A DNA stretch of 64,000 bases from Planctomycetota bacterium (GTDB lineage: Bacteria > Planctomycetota > Phycisphaerae > Phycisphaerales > SM1A02): assembly GCA_014381555.1 (NCBI GenBank), contig JACNLO010000051.1, positions 8,915 to 72,914 of the forward strand, read 5' to 3'. Each line of letters opens with the position of its first letter. Within the stretch, counting starts at the first letter, position 1. Positions 30,710-40,922 of the stretch are shown one piece after another. The translations under genes and the position numbers were made by a program. Under the pieces are notes generated by a model. That model had not been told where the DNA came from, did not search any database, and worked only from the letters and a program-made list of their open reading frames with translations.

Positions 30710-31552
30710 TTATTCCTTGTTTGGGTTCTTGGGTTCTATTTTAGCAGGTTCTTTACTCTGCACGCCGGCTTCGATTTGGTGATCTGGAACCAAGACTCCT
30801 CCACTCACCGCGAATCTGATGGCTTCTTCTACTGTGATTGGCAAGTCAATAGTGTCCTTCCTCTGGACAGTAATGGTGTACCCAGTAAATGGAGTAGGAG
30901 AACTTGGAATAAAAACAGTGATGGAGTCGGGAAGTTGTGTCTCGATAGATTGCAAGGATCCACCTGTCATAAAACCGACGGACCAGATGCCTTTGCGGGG
31001 ATATTCCACTGCAACAACTCGGCTGAATTTCGGTTTGTCCTCATCGCTTATCAGAAAATCAACAAGTTGTTTGATATATGGATACACCTTGCGAATGACT
31101 GGAACTGCGACCATTATTTTTTCAATTCGTCTGTATAGAGCCCGCCCAATAAACCCACCAACGAGGCGACCTGACACATACACAATAATTGCAGCAACAA
31201 GTAACCCAAGAAGGTTCATCCAAGGGTGATCTACCCACCATGAATTGACCGCATCAGCGAAGAGAGTGTTTGACAACTCTTGCATTGCTGTGGTGTCATT
31301 TTTCGAAATGTGTTGGGCGATTGCTTCAGCATCGAGCGTATCTTGATCCGGCGTAAGTGCAAGGGACTCTGCAAGATTTGGAAAGTGTTTTGGGATTTGG
31401 CTAAATGCAGAGCGAATTCCACGATTGATTGGTTCGGCAATTGTAGAATCAATAAATTGATACGCTTTGACGAGGAGCCATAACGTGAGCACAGAGGGGA
31501 GAAGGACAGCAAGTCCCCTAAGAAAAGGTCTGGATTTTTTAGATTCACTCAT
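30710..31552 (-). CDS. DUF502 domain membrane protein
   Basis: N-terminal TM helices and the conserved VAVEYPRKGIWSVGF...IPSSPTPFTGY segment. Confidence 0.7.
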   Translation of the reverse strand: MSESKKSRPFLRGLAVLLPSVLTLWLLVKAYQFIDSTIAEPINRGIRSAFSQIPKHFPNLAESLALTPDQDTLDAEAIAQHISKNDTTAMQELSNTLFADAVNSWWVDHPWMNLLGLLVAAIIVYVSGRLVGGFIGRALYRRIEKIMVAVPVIRKVYPYIKQLVDFLISDEDKPKFSRVVAVEYPRKGIWSVGFMTGGSLQSIETQLPDSITVFIPSSPTPFTGYTITVQRKDTIDLPITVEEAIRFAVSGGVLVPDHQIEAGVQSKEPAKIEPKNPNKE

Positions 31553-31565
31553 TGTTCGTTCTTTA

Positions 31566-32150
31566 TCATACCCTGAGTTGCTCTGCCGCTATTTTAATTG
31601 CATCTGGATACATTTCACATTCAAGGGAAAAAACTCGGTCGGCAATTATCTCAGGGGTATCACTTGGGAGTACAGGGCAAGTTCTTTGGAGAATAGTTGG
31701 GCCATGATCGTATTCTTCATCAACATAATGCACTGTGCAACCGGTTTCCGTGTCACCCTGTTTGACCACGGCTTCATGGACTCGCATCCCAAACATTCCC
31801 TTGCCCCCATAATTGGGTAGAAGAGAAGGATGAATATTGATGATTCTTCCTTCCATCCATGGTTCAATTGAGAGGAGCCGAAGGTACCCACACAAGCAGA
31901 TTAAATCAGGACGTGCATCGTTTAACCATGCTTGGACTCGTTGATCTCCTTCTTCAGGAGATTCATCCGAACTGCGAGCCACGGCGATATCAAGGCCACG
32001 GTTAATCAAACGTTGAATTCCTGCAATGCCAGGTCGTGATGCTATGGCTAGTGTGATGTGAGCATCAAGTGTCTTTTGTTCGATGCACTCGAGAAGGTTG
32101 AGAATCGTGCGTCCACCTCCGCTGAATAAAACTGCAATGTTCGTTGTCAT
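31566..32150 (-). CDS. purN: phosphoribosylglycinamide formyltransferase
   Basis: INIHPSLLP and GCTVHYVDEEYDHGPI motifs; 194 aa. Confidence 0.92.
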   Translation of the reverse strand: MTTNIAVLFSGGGRTILNLLECIEQKTLDAHITLAIASRPGIAGIQRLINRGLDIAVARSSDESPEEGDQRVQAWLNDARPDLICLCGYLRLLSIEPWMEGRIINIHPSLLPNYGGKGMFGMRVHEAVVKQGDTETGCTVHYVDEEYDHGPTILQRTCPVLPSDTPEIIADRVFSLECEMYPDAIKIAAEQLRV

Positions 32151-32548
32151 TCACTTTCCTTTGAAGAAACAGTGGGTGGAGAAGTAAATGGAATAGCATG
32201 GCCATTTTTGTCGACACTTACCATCGTCATAACCGCTTTGGTCACGTTGTGGCGTTCTGCTGAAGTAAATCGTTCAGCTTCCACAGAGACTTCGATTTTC
32301 ACAGAGGATTTGCCAGTTTTAATCGTACTTGTGTAAAAACGTACGATATCTCCAACATATACAGGTTGTTGGAAATCAACTCTGTCGATTGAAGCTGTTA
32401 ACCATCGGTGAGTTCCATGCTTTCTAGCTTCGATGAATCCTGCCTGGTCAATGTATGAAAGAATGATGCCACCAAAAATTGTCCCGTAAACGTTAGAGTC
32501 TCGAGGCATCATGACGACGCAAAGTGCTATTGAATCAACCATGTGCAT
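32147..32548 (-). CDS. acyl-CoA thioesterase (YciA-like hotdog fold)
   Basis: MPRDSNVYGTIFGG and the hotdog core are present. The start was trimmed to MHMVD, because the longer ORF overlaps the upstream gene by 158 nt. Confidence 0.8.
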   Translation of the reverse strand: MHMVDSIALCVVMMPRDSNVYGTIFGGIILSYIDQAGFIEARKHGTHRWLTASIDRVDFQQPVYVGDIVRFYTSTIKTGKSSVKIEVSVEAERFTSAERHNVTKAVMTMVSVDKNGHAIPFTSPPTVSSKESE

Positions 32549-32549
32549 A

Positions 32550-33506
32550 TCATCGTTCCTCTTGCAACAACCCGCAAGAGAAGAATGTCCACCATTTTTG
32601 TCTTGTTTTGTGATTTTCCAGTAATGCAAATGGGATTTGATTTGCAATTTCTTTTGAAAACGTTTTGGCAATGATAATTGCATGTTCTGGGTGAGCCCAT
32701 TTGTCATGTTGTGCTGTCTTGATCAAGATTGGCATGAACCGTTCTTGGTCAATAATCATGGCAGCAAGGGCAATATCAGGGTCTATGGTGCCATCAGATT
32801 TATGCAATGCTCTCCAAGCAAGTTTGTAATTGTTTTCATTGATGATTTTTTGCATTGTTGCAAGCGATTCATTTTGCGTTTTAATATCCAGAGTTGGCAA
32901 ACCTTGGATTGCAGAGAGAAGTACTGCAGCTTTTTGACGTTCAAGATCGTAGTCCTTTTCCCATGCTTGAATTAACGCTCTACTTTTGTGGGATGCAAGT
33001 TCGTTGATGGCAAGTACGCTGAGCACAACGCTGCCGTCTCGATCACGTACCGGCAAACTCACTAGATCAGGATATGTCGCTTCTCTATTCATGGAAGGGT
33101 ACCAAGCGAGCAGTTTTTCTATCCATGGGGAGGGATTACTAATGATATTTAAGCGAGGAGTTGGATTTTCTCTTTCGGTATTCCACCATAATGCGGATTC
33201 GTACAATTCTGGGTCGATGCTAACGCCTTGTAAATCTAAAATGCGATTTTCTTGAAATGCATGTTTCACGAGAAGTTGTTGCGCCATTTCTGAGGAGTCT
33301 GTGTTGCTATCTAAGATGGGCTCTAACAATGGAAGAAGTTCATCGAATGTACTTTCTTTGAGTAATTCAATACCTCGGAGTTGGTCAGTCGTTGATGTGG
33401 AGGTGAGCAATTTGTGGATTTGAAATTGTGATTGAAAATTGGCCACAAAAAATCCAGTAATGACAGCAATACTAATTGTGAATAAGAATGGCAAGAGGCG
33501 TTTCAC
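32550..33506 (-). CDS. hypothetical membrane-anchored protein (helical-repeat like)
   Basis: 318-aa ORF with an N-terminal TM anchor. It is tightly packed in a co-directional gene string. I recognise no family motif. Confidence 0.55.
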   Translation of the reverse strand: MKRLLPFLFTISIAVITGFFVANFQSQFQIHKLLTSTSTTDQLRGIELLKESTFDELLPLLEPILDSNTDSSEMAQQLLVKHAFQENRILDLQGVSIDPELYESALWWNTERENPTPRLNIISNPSPWIEKLLAWYPSMNREATYPDLVSLPVRDRDGSVVLSVLAINELASHKSRALIQAWEKDYDLERQKAAVLLSAIQGLPTLDIKTQNESLATMQKIINENNYKLAWRALHKSDGTIDPDIALAAMIIDQERFMPILIKTAQHDKWAHPEHAIIIAKTFSKEIANQIPFALLENHKTRQKWWTFFSCGLLQEER

Positions 33507-33529
33507 ATTCGCAGTGTAAGCGATTCATA

Positions 33530-35554
33530 TCAGTTGGTTAAAACAAGTTGCATAAGTTCTTCAGCAGCACTTTTCGAGTACCCATGTATTCCCCATGCGG
33601 TTTGATTTAGGAGTGCATTTCGAATGTCGCAATCAATAAATATTACTTTTCCCTTGCCGATTTTCGTTGTAAGAGGAATAGGCAGTTTTTTACGATTGAA
33701 TATTGACCATCCTCTTCGACCCGAGATTTTCTGAAGTTGAATATCCGGCTTCACAATAGTACGTGTTTGCTCTGCAAGCTTTTCTCTTGTTGTTGCAGCG
33801 AAATGCCCTTGTCCTCCAATTGATTCAACAATTATGGTTGAACCTGAAGACGCAACTTCAATGAGTTCTTCGATTAACGAGGCAGTCACCTCCTCTGATT
33901 CGATTCCGCCGACCCAGACAGTTTGTTTTTTTATTGCTTCTAGCAGTGGCATGGATTTGGTTTTCCAATGAAGAAACGCGGCAACTTCGGCATCCCATCG
34001 TCCCTCATGCTCAGCAATAATAAATGGAACTGACGATGATGCTAGTTCTTTGCTGGCAAGTCGCGGCTTCCATCTGTCAAGTTCAGCAGCACCACAGCAC
34101 AAATTTGTAAATAATGTTGAGAGTGCTGAGTTTTTACTACGAATAATTTTTTTTGCATTTCCTTGAATTGTAATAATACGATCACGTATTCCATCATTCC
34201 AAATGGTGAGTCGGACATTTTTTGCTTTATTCAGTAATTCATGTGTCCAATGCTCAGATTGTTTTTCAATCGGTTCGATGTCCGGACATAGTAACGATGC
34301 AAAAGTGTTACATGCACGTAACTCCTTTCCCGTAGCGAGCATTACGAGTAGGCCGCCTCTGTCAAGATATTCCTTGCATTTTGAAATGTCATCTGGAATG
34401 GAGTTGGTGTCTTGAATAAAAAGAAATGGAGCATTAAGCCATGTGTTTACGTTTTCATCATTTGTAACAAGTTGCCAACTTAGATTACGTTCAGTTTTCA
34501 TTGCAACTCGTTTCGTAATTGTGTCAGCAACCCTAAGAGGATCTACAACCCCTTTCTTTTGTACGAGTTCACAAAATGCAATTGGAGCACGACCTCGTGT
34601 TAAAAACAGAAGGGCAAACGATAAATTAACTGTGCTTCCTTTCGCTTTCCGAACTCCGCAGTGCGAGTCGAGTATGGCTCGAGTTCCATCAATAAACCAA
34701 TCTCGATTTCGTACCTTAGAAAGCCCACACGACATTGCAACTCTTTCTAATGCATACAAATAACTCATAAGCGCTGTTCCGCCAGTATTTTTTGTGGTTG
34801 CGTGTTTATCGAGCCATGAGAGGGCGTTGTCTATTGAGGTTTGTAACAATTTTGATTCATTGGAATTTAACTCATTTCCTAAGACTTCGTCTACGCCAAG
34901 TAAACAATTTAATCCCGCAACTGTCATGTTTGGTGTTGGAGTACCCCGTGTTGAACTTTGTTCATACGACCATCCTCCATTTGGATGTTGCGTTGCAATC
35001 GTTGCGTTTGCTATCGATGCTAAGCATTTTTTTGGAATGGATTCGCCTCGGCGCTGAGCTTCCCGAAAAGCAATAATTCCAAACTCGCGTGTAAGTGGTG
35101 AGGTCGATGAAACAGAGAGCGGGTTTTTAGCACCTACCCCCCAGCCACCATATTGAACATGCATGGTTTTTATAAGTCGTTTGGTGTCTTTTTTGAGGCG
35201 ACGATTATATGTATCTGGGAGCATTGCCCAAATTGATGTTCTGAGGGTGAGTAAGTACGAACTTGGTTCATCGATATTCCAAATGTAATCAAGAGCGTTT
35301 TTGATTTTTGGAGAATTCGGTGATTCTCCAGCAGATAACATTGCTAGTGTTGCAAGAGCGGTCGTTCCGCCACGATGTTTAGAAAGCCAACCGTGCGAGG
35401 AATCAGCAGAATCCCAACACCGTTCATTATCGTGTCTTGAATCAAGTTCCTTGACAATCATTGTGATTGCATTAGTCACATCGACATCATTAAGTTTTGG
35501 CGCACCGATTGCGCAGGTGGCTGAAATAGCCACCGAAAGCAAGAAAAATTTCAT
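33530..35554 (-). CDS. secreted prenyltransferase/squalene-oxidase-repeat protein fused to DUF4159-like domain
   Basis: It has a signal peptide and GGW-type repeats (QYGGWGVG, HPNGGWSY). The C-terminal half has DUF4159-like segments (YLDRGGLLVMLA, WGIHGYSKSAAEELM). Confidence 0.62.
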   Translation of the reverse strand: MKFFLLSVAISATCAIGAPKLNDVDVTNAITMIVKELDSRHDNERCWDSADSSHGWLSKHRGGTTALATLAMLSAGESPNSPKIKNALDYIWNIDEPSSYLLTLRTSIWAMLPDTYNRRLKKDTKRLIKTMHVQYGGWGVGAKNPLSVSSTSPLTREFGIIAFREAQRRGESIPKKCLASIANATIATQHPNGGWSYEQSSTRGTPTPNMTVAGLNCLLGVDEVLGNELNSNESKLLQTSIDNALSWLDKHATTKNTGGTALMSYLYALERVAMSCGLSKVRNRDWFIDGTRAILDSHCGVRKAKGSTVNLSFALLFLTRGRAPIAFCELVQKKGVVDPLRVADTITKRVAMKTERNLSWQLVTNDENVNTWLNAPFLFIQDTNSIPDDISKCKEYLDRGGLLVMLATGKELRACNTFASLLCPDIEPIEKQSEHWTHELLNKAKNVRLTIWNDGIRDRIITIQGNAKKIIRSKNSALSTLFTNLCCGAAELDRWKPRLASKELASSSVPFIIAEHEGRWDAEVAAFLHWKTKSMPLLEAIKKQTVWVGGIESEEVTASLIEELIEVASSGSTIIVESIGGQGHFAATTREKLAEQTRTIVKPDIQLQKISGRRGWSIFNRKKLPIPLTTKIGKGKVIFIDCDIRNALLNQTAWGIHGYSKSAAEELMQLVLTN

Positions 35555-35568
35555 ACAAAAATCCTTTG

Positions 35569-36573
35569 TTATTGGTTATATAAATACATGAGTTTTGGCA
35601 TTGAAAACTCTTGAAGTATTGATTGAAGGTCTGAAGCTGATATGCCTTTTGATTTTGCTCCAAACAAACCACCAAGCATCGGGGCTCTGCGGCTTAGAGT
35701 AAGCACGGTGGGTTCTTCATTTGTAATACCCGCTCTTTGCTGGGCTATAACTATAGCATCATCGAGGTAACCAATTTGATCAATGAGCCCATTGCTTAGT
35801 GCTTGTTGGGCGGTGTATGCAGAGCCATTTGCAATGGATTCAAGTGTTTTTGCATTTGTTACTACATGACTTCGGCCTTCTTGAACTCGGCTGTAAAAGA
35901 CAGAGTACATTGCATCGAGAAAGCCTGTAACTTTTTGTTTGTCTTTAGTAGTCCAGTTTCGGTACACACCATTTGCAACAGATTTTTCTGGGGAATCTTT
36001 TGCAATGAGCGTGACAGGGCTTACGCCAATTTTTTCAAGTAGGTTTTGAAATGTCATAATATTTGCGATGACACCAATCGAACCAGTGATTGTTGTTTCT
36101 TGCGCAATGATGTGGTCTGCATTGCAAGAAATGTAGTAGCCACCTGAAGCTGCGATCCCACCATAACTTGCGATGAGTGGAATTTTTGCTTCTTTAATTT
36201 TTTGAATGTAGTGCCATATTTCATCAGATGCGGTGACACCACCTCCAGGCGAATTTACTCGGAGAATGACTGCACGGACATTTTTATTTTTCACAATTTC
36301 TTCGACCGCCTGTCGAGAGAATTCTGCATTTGAACCATCGATAATACCACTGATGTATAGAATTGCGATTGTTGAAGAAGTTCCTTCATGAGTCACAGAA
36401 GATTTAACAATGCCAGTATCTTCGGTAGCAGAAGCGAGCGCTGAGACGCCGGCAACAATTCCAACTATAAAAACAATCAAGAAAATGAACATTGCCGATA
36501 GGAACGCGACAAACGAGCGAAAGCCACCAGTTGTGGCAACGACTTTAATCGTGGCAGGTTTTGTTTCAGACAT
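35569..36573 (-). CDS. sppA: signal peptide peptidase SppA (36K type)
   Basis: N-terminal TM helix, SPGGGV oxyanion region and nucleophile context TGSIGV. An AAGGAG Shine-Dalgarno lies upstream. Confidence 0.88.
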   Translation of the reverse strand: MSETKPATIKVVATTGGFRSFVAFLSAMFIFLIVFIVGIVAGVSALASATEDTGIVKSSVTHEGTSSTIAILYISGIIDGSNAEFSRQAVEEIVKNKNVRAVILRVNSPGGGVTASDEIWHYIQKIKEAKIPLIASYGGIAASGGYYISCNADHIIAQETTITGSIGVIANIMTFQNLLEKIGVSPVTLIAKDSPEKSVANGVYRNWTTKDKQKVTGFLDAMYSVFYSRVQEGRSHVVTNAKTLESIANGSAYTAQQALSNGLIDQIGYLDDAIVIAQQRAGITNEEPTVLTLSRRAPMLGGLFGAKSKGISASDLQSILQEFSMPKLMYLYNQ

Positions 36574-36642
36574 GAATATTAATCTCCTTCTTCAAAAATG
36601 AGGTGTCACGTATTGTAGTATGATTTTTTTGTATTCTTTACT

Positions 36643-37278
36643 TTACTGCGGAACTTCTTTTTTTCGAAGAATTATGGTCGCATCATGCCCCTGTAAGTAC
36701 ATTTGGTTGAATGAAACAAGTGGGGTTAGTGAAAAAGCAAATCGTAGAAACTCCAGAGTATCAAATCGACTTGCAGGGGTGAGATCTTCATTTTTTGGGT
36801 TACGCCAACTTTGATTTGAGAGGAAATTAAACGCAATCCCAAGAGAACATTTATCGAATGCTACACTTAGGAGTTCCTTTGCAAGTTCTTGTGACATTGT
36901 GTTAAGACTTCCAGAAAAGACAATCCAATCCTCATTACCTATTGAATCAAACTCATTCAACACATCTACAACTTCAAAAGTAGAGCGTTGCAGTTGACGA
37001 TTTTGTGCTGTTTGAATCATTGCGTCTATGGCGTCGATTCCACGGAATGATCTAAAATTAACTGAAGATTCGTGCAAAAAGGATGCGAAGTCTCCAATTC
37101 CACAACCAATATCCAGAATAGATGTCCCAGAAAAGTCTATCTCACTAACAAATTCGTTAAAGCGCAAAGTTTGCCCATGCTTGGAACGCCAGAGTGTTGC
37201 TTCAAACGTTCCACCAAATGCTTCTGCAGCTTCTTGATATGGCTTGAGATAGTTCGGAGTTCGTTTCATTGCTGACAA
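36643..37278 (-). CDS. class I SAM-dependent methyltransferase
   Basis: Motif I ILDIGCGIGDFA; 211 aa. Confidence 0.8.
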   Translation of the reverse strand: MSAMKRTPNYLKPYQEAAEAFGGTFEATLWRSKHGQTLRFNEFVSEIDFSGTSILDIGCGIGDFASFLHESSVNFRSFRGIDAIDAMIQTAQNRQLQRSTFEVVDVLNEFDSIGNEDWIVFSGSLNTMSQELAKELLSVAFDKCSLGIAFNFLSNQSWRNPKNEDLTPASRFDTLEFLRFAFSLTPLVSFNQMYLQGHDATIILRKKEVPQ

Positions 37279-37280
37279 GA

Positions 37281-38009
37281 CTAATGCCGTTGTCGATGCA
37301 ACCGTGTATGTACAGGCATCAATAACTGAGAGATAGCATCAAAAAATCGATCCGTTAAGCGTTCGTAGTCATCGAATAATTGATTAGTATCAGTTTCAAT
37401 GGCATTACCATCGATGCCGACTTCAGATAATGTTTGAGCGTCATCTGTAATCCATTCGGAAATTGTCTCACGTGAACACTCAGGATGAAATTGTATTGCG
37501 TACGTATTCACGCCTTTCGTCCATGCTTGAATATTACAACGTTCACTAGATGCTAGGTTTTTAGCGCCCTCTGGTAGGGAGGATGTTTCCCAATGATGCC
37601 ATTGCAGTTGTGGTCCCGACCATGGTTGTCCAGAGAAGAGTACATCTTCACGACCAGCTGGAGTAAGTGTAAGTTCATACCATCCCATTTCTGGTGCAGA
37701 ACACGGTCCAATTTCCCCGCCAAGTGCTCTTGTAAGAAGTTGAGACCCTAAGCAAACGCCCAAAAGTGGGAGTTGCAAAGCATCAGCTTCACGAAGAAGT
37801 TGAAGTTCTTGTTCGACCCAATTTTCATTGCAATCGGGTGCCTGAGGACCACCAAATGAAATGACCCCATCAATTTCATTAAGATTTGCTGGTAATCGTT
37901 CTCCGAGATGTACACGTACAGTTTGTAATGTGTGCCCGTCTTTTAAGAGACGTTCTCCAAGTCGATTTGATCCAGATAAATTGCTGTGTTCAATGATGAG
38001 TATGGACAT
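37281..38009 (-). CDS. type 1 glutamine amidotransferase (GuaA N-domain-like)
   Basis: Nucleophile elbow GVCLGSQLL and FHPE motif. Confidence 0.85.
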   Translation of the reverse strand: MSILIIEHSNLSGSNRLGERLLKDGHTLQTVRVHLGERLPANLNEIDGVISFGGPQAPDCNENWVEQELQLLREADALQLPLLGVCLGSQLLTRALGGEIGPCSAPEMGWYELTLTPAGREDVLFSGQPWSGPQLQWHHWETSSLPEGAKNLASSERCNIQAWTKGVNTYAIQFHPECSRETISEWITDDAQTLSEVGIDGNAIETDTNQLFDDYERLTDRFFDAISQLLMPVHTRLHRQRH

Positions 38010-38039
38010 GGTAAATACGTATGTTTCTAAAGGGATAAT

Positions 38040-39971
38040 TTATGAAGTAATCACAACAGGAGACTCACTCTGTTGTGTATTGAGAATTCTTTCAGCAACG
38101 TTTGCGATCGAGGTAGCGTCAATGCCCGCTTCTTCAAGTTGCTCTTTTCGTGATCCGTGCCCAATCCAATAATCTGGTAATCCAAGAGTAGTAATGAGTG
38201 TGGTATCGAGTTTTCGTTTTACTGCTTCTTCGATAACTGCAGATCCAAAACCGCCAATTACACTGTGGTCTTCTACAGTGATTATTGGGATTGATGCTCC
38301 AAGTAGTGACTCAATCAAATCGCCATCGACTGGTTTTGCAAATCGTGCGTCATAAACGTCGATGGAATTCGAATCAATTCTACTTGCGGCATCGATGGCA
38401 TCAATTGCGGTTGTGCCATACCCAAGAATTGCAAGTTTAGGTTGGTTCGTACTTAGAAGTTGATGCGCTTTGCCGAGTTCAAATGGAGGAGAGTTCGGAA
38501 ATCTGTCTGTAACAACGTCTCTCGGATATCTGATTGCAGAAATAGCAGAATCGAACGAATGCATGAATTTCATGCCATGTTGCAAAGTTCTTTCATCGAT
38601 TGCTGCAAGTAATACTGAATCTGGGAGTACGCGAAGAAGTGCAATGTCACAGAAACCATGATGAACAGCGCCGTCGCCACCTACTACTCCTGCTCTGTCT
38701 AAACAGAGTCGAACTGGCAACCCTTGCAATGCAACTTCTTGAAATGCTTGGTCAAATGCACGTTGAAAGAACGTTGAGTAGACGGCAAAAAATGGTTTGC
38801 AACCAGTTTTTGCCATACCTGCGAGCATATCGAGTGCGTGAGATTCGCAAATGCCAGTGTCCCAAACACGGCTTGGAAATTGTTCAATGACCCTATCAAT
38901 TCCAGTTCCATCTGGCATTGCAGAAGTTGCTGCAACAACTTTGTCATCTTGTTTCATGATGTCAATAAGAGCATCTGAAAATGCTGTTGTAAAAGAACGC
39001 TCTGAAGGTTGGACTTGTACCTTGTCTTTATTTACTTCAAATGGTTTGGAAGAGTGAAATGCAGTAGCATTTTTCTCGGTGTATTCAAAACCCTTTCCTT
39101 TCACAGTGTTCGCGTGAAGGAGAAGTGGTCGATCAACATCTCTAACCTCAATCAACATCTCAATGAGAGATGTCAGGTCGTGACCGTCAATGGGACCAAC
39201 TGAAAGAATACCGAAATGCTCAAACCATGAATCTTCAAAGATTGCATCTTTAAGCATCTCGGTCATGCGGTGAGACATATCTTCAAGCATTGATCCGCCA
39301 GGGAAACCTCTCATCATTTTTTTCATTGAGCTTTTCATCGAACGGTAGGTTGAACCAACTCGCAGGCGATCAAAGTAGTCCGCAATAGCCCCTTGAGGAT
39401 TTGCGATACTCATCCCATTGTCGTTGAGGACGATGAGCATCTGTCGCTTAAGTGTGCCTGCATTATTTAGTCCTTCCATTGCAACACCGTTGACAATACT
39501 TGCATCTCCAACGAAGGCTACGACTCGACGCCCATCACGATTTGTTTCAGGATGGTAGGCCTCTCCCTGCAACGTGTCGCCGCGAGCCATTCCAACTGCG
39601 GTTGAAATTGCTGTGCCTGCGTGACCAACAGAAAAAAGATCGTAGGGGGATTCATCTGGTGAAGGGAAACCGGACATACCACCACGTTTTCGCAAATTAT
39701 TTAGTAGGTGCTGCCTACCGGTCAATAATTTATGTGGGTAACATTGGTGTCCAACATCAAATAAAAGTCTGTCATTTGAAAAGTCAAAAACATAATGTAA
39801 TGCAATCATTAATTCCACAACGCCTAGGTTTGGAGCGAGGTGCCCACCAGACTGTTTGACCTGTTCGCAGATGGCATGTCGTATCTCAGTTGCTAACTTT
39901 GGTAACTCTGGGATTGGAATCTTGCGAAGATCTGCAGGGGATTGAATTGTAGAAAGAAGTTCTGTTTGCAT
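38040..39971 (-). CDS. dxs: 1-deoxy-D-xylulose-5-phosphate synthase
   Basis: 643 aa with GHQCYPHKLLTGR and the ThDP motif GDASIVNGVAMEGLNN. Confidence 0.96.
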   Translation of the reverse strand: MQTELLSTIQSPADLRKIPIPELPKLATEIRHAICEQVKQSGGHLAPNLGVVELMIALHYVFDFSNDRLLFDVGHQCYPHKLLTGRQHLLNNLRKRGGMSGFPSPDESPYDLFSVGHAGTAISTAVGMARGDTLQGEAYHPETNRDGRRVVAFVGDASIVNGVAMEGLNNAGTLKRQMLIVLNDNGMSIANPQGAIADYFDRLRVGSTYRSMKSSMKKMMRGFPGGSMLEDMSHRMTEMLKDAIFEDSWFEHFGILSVGPIDGHDLTSLIEMLIEVRDVDRPLLLHANTVKGKGFEYTEKNATAFHSSKPFEVNKDKVQVQPSERSFTTAFSDALIDIMKQDDKVVAATSAMPDGTGIDRVIEQFPSRVWDTGICESHALDMLAGMAKTGCKPFFAVYSTFFQRAFDQAFQEVALQGLPVRLCLDRAGVVGGDGAVHHGFCDIALLRVLPDSVLLAAIDERTLQHGMKFMHSFDSAISAIRYPRDVVTDRFPNSPPFELGKAHQLLSTNQPKLAILGYGTTAIDAIDAASRIDSNSIDVYDARFAKPVDGDLIESLLGASIPIITVEDHSVIGGFGSAVIEEAVKRKLDTTLITTLGLPDYWIGHGSRKEQLEEAGIDATSIANVAERILNTQQSESPVVITS

Positions 39972-39992
39972 CGGGAGTAGCTTATTGTATGC

Positions 39993-40886
39993 TCAACGTG
40001 TTCGGTGAGCCATCCAAAGATTGAAAGAACGTAGGGTTTCTCCCTGTTCTCCTAGTACCGAAAGTGCGTCATCGGCTTGATCTTTAAGCATTGAAACTGC
40101 TTCTATTGAGGCCTCCACGCCAATTAACCCAGGATACGTGGTTTTTCCAGCTTCAGCATCTTTTCCAGTTGCTTTGCCAACATGTTCAGCGACACCGTTG
40201 AGGTCGATGAGGTCGTCAACAATCTGGAACATTAAACCGGTTGCTATTCCGAATTGTTCAATAGCGTGGTGCATTTTAGGATTGGCCTGGCCACAAATAC
40301 TTCCCATAACACATGCGCATTTGAATAGTGCACCGGTTTTGTTTCGATGGATGACTTCAAGAGCATCTTGTTCAGAAAGTTCCTCGGGGATTCCCCCAAG
40401 AGTGTCATATACCTGCCCCACAACCATGTCACGTGTTGCTTGTGCAAGTTCATCCATGAGAAGGACTTGTTGGTTGGGCACGTAATTGCCACGGGAGAGC
40501 TCTTGAAAGGCGAGTGGAAGCAATAAATCTCCTGCGAGAACAGCCATAGCCTCCCCAGCGTGAATGTGCAAAGTTGGCTTTCCGCGCCTGAGATCATCAT
40601 TATCTATGGCTGGTAAATCGTCGTGCACAAGACTAAAGCAATGGATAAATTCAACCGCAATTGCCGCAGCCATCGCTTGATCTTGGGTTCCACCAACCGC
40701 CTGAGCGCAAAGGAGCGTAAGGGCAGGGCGGACACGTTTTCCTCCATTGACAACAGCATATTGAGCTGCTTCATAGATGTGTGGAGGCAAAGCAGACGCT
40801 TGAAGACTTTTATCAAGATTTGTCTCGATGACTTTTGCTGCATCTTTGAGCGTTTTTGGGGGAGTATCTGTTGATGGTGGAATCAC
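39993..40886 (-). CDS. ispA: polyprenyl (farnesyl/geranylgeranyl) diphosphate synthase
   Basis: First aspartate-rich motif HDDLPAIDNDDLRRGKP and second motif FQIVDDLID. It sits immediately upstream of dxs. Confidence 0.87.
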   Translation of the reverse strand: MIPPSTDTPPKTLKDAAKVIETNLDKSLQASALPPHIYEAAQYAVVNGGKRVRPALTLLCAQAVGGTQDQAMAAAIAVEFIHCFSLVHDDLPAIDNDDLRRGKPTLHIHAGEAMAVLAGDLLLPLAFQELSRGNYVPNQQVLLMDELAQATRDMVVGQVYDTLGGIPEELSEQDALEVIHRNKTGALFKCACVMGSICGQANPKMHHAIEQFGIATGLMFQIVDDLIDLNGVAEHVGKATGKDAEAGKTTYPGLIGVEASIEAVSMLKDQADDALSVLGEQGETLRSFNLWMAHRTR

Positions 40887-40922
40887 AATACAGATTGTAC
40901 GCTTAAAACCTACAATCTACGG

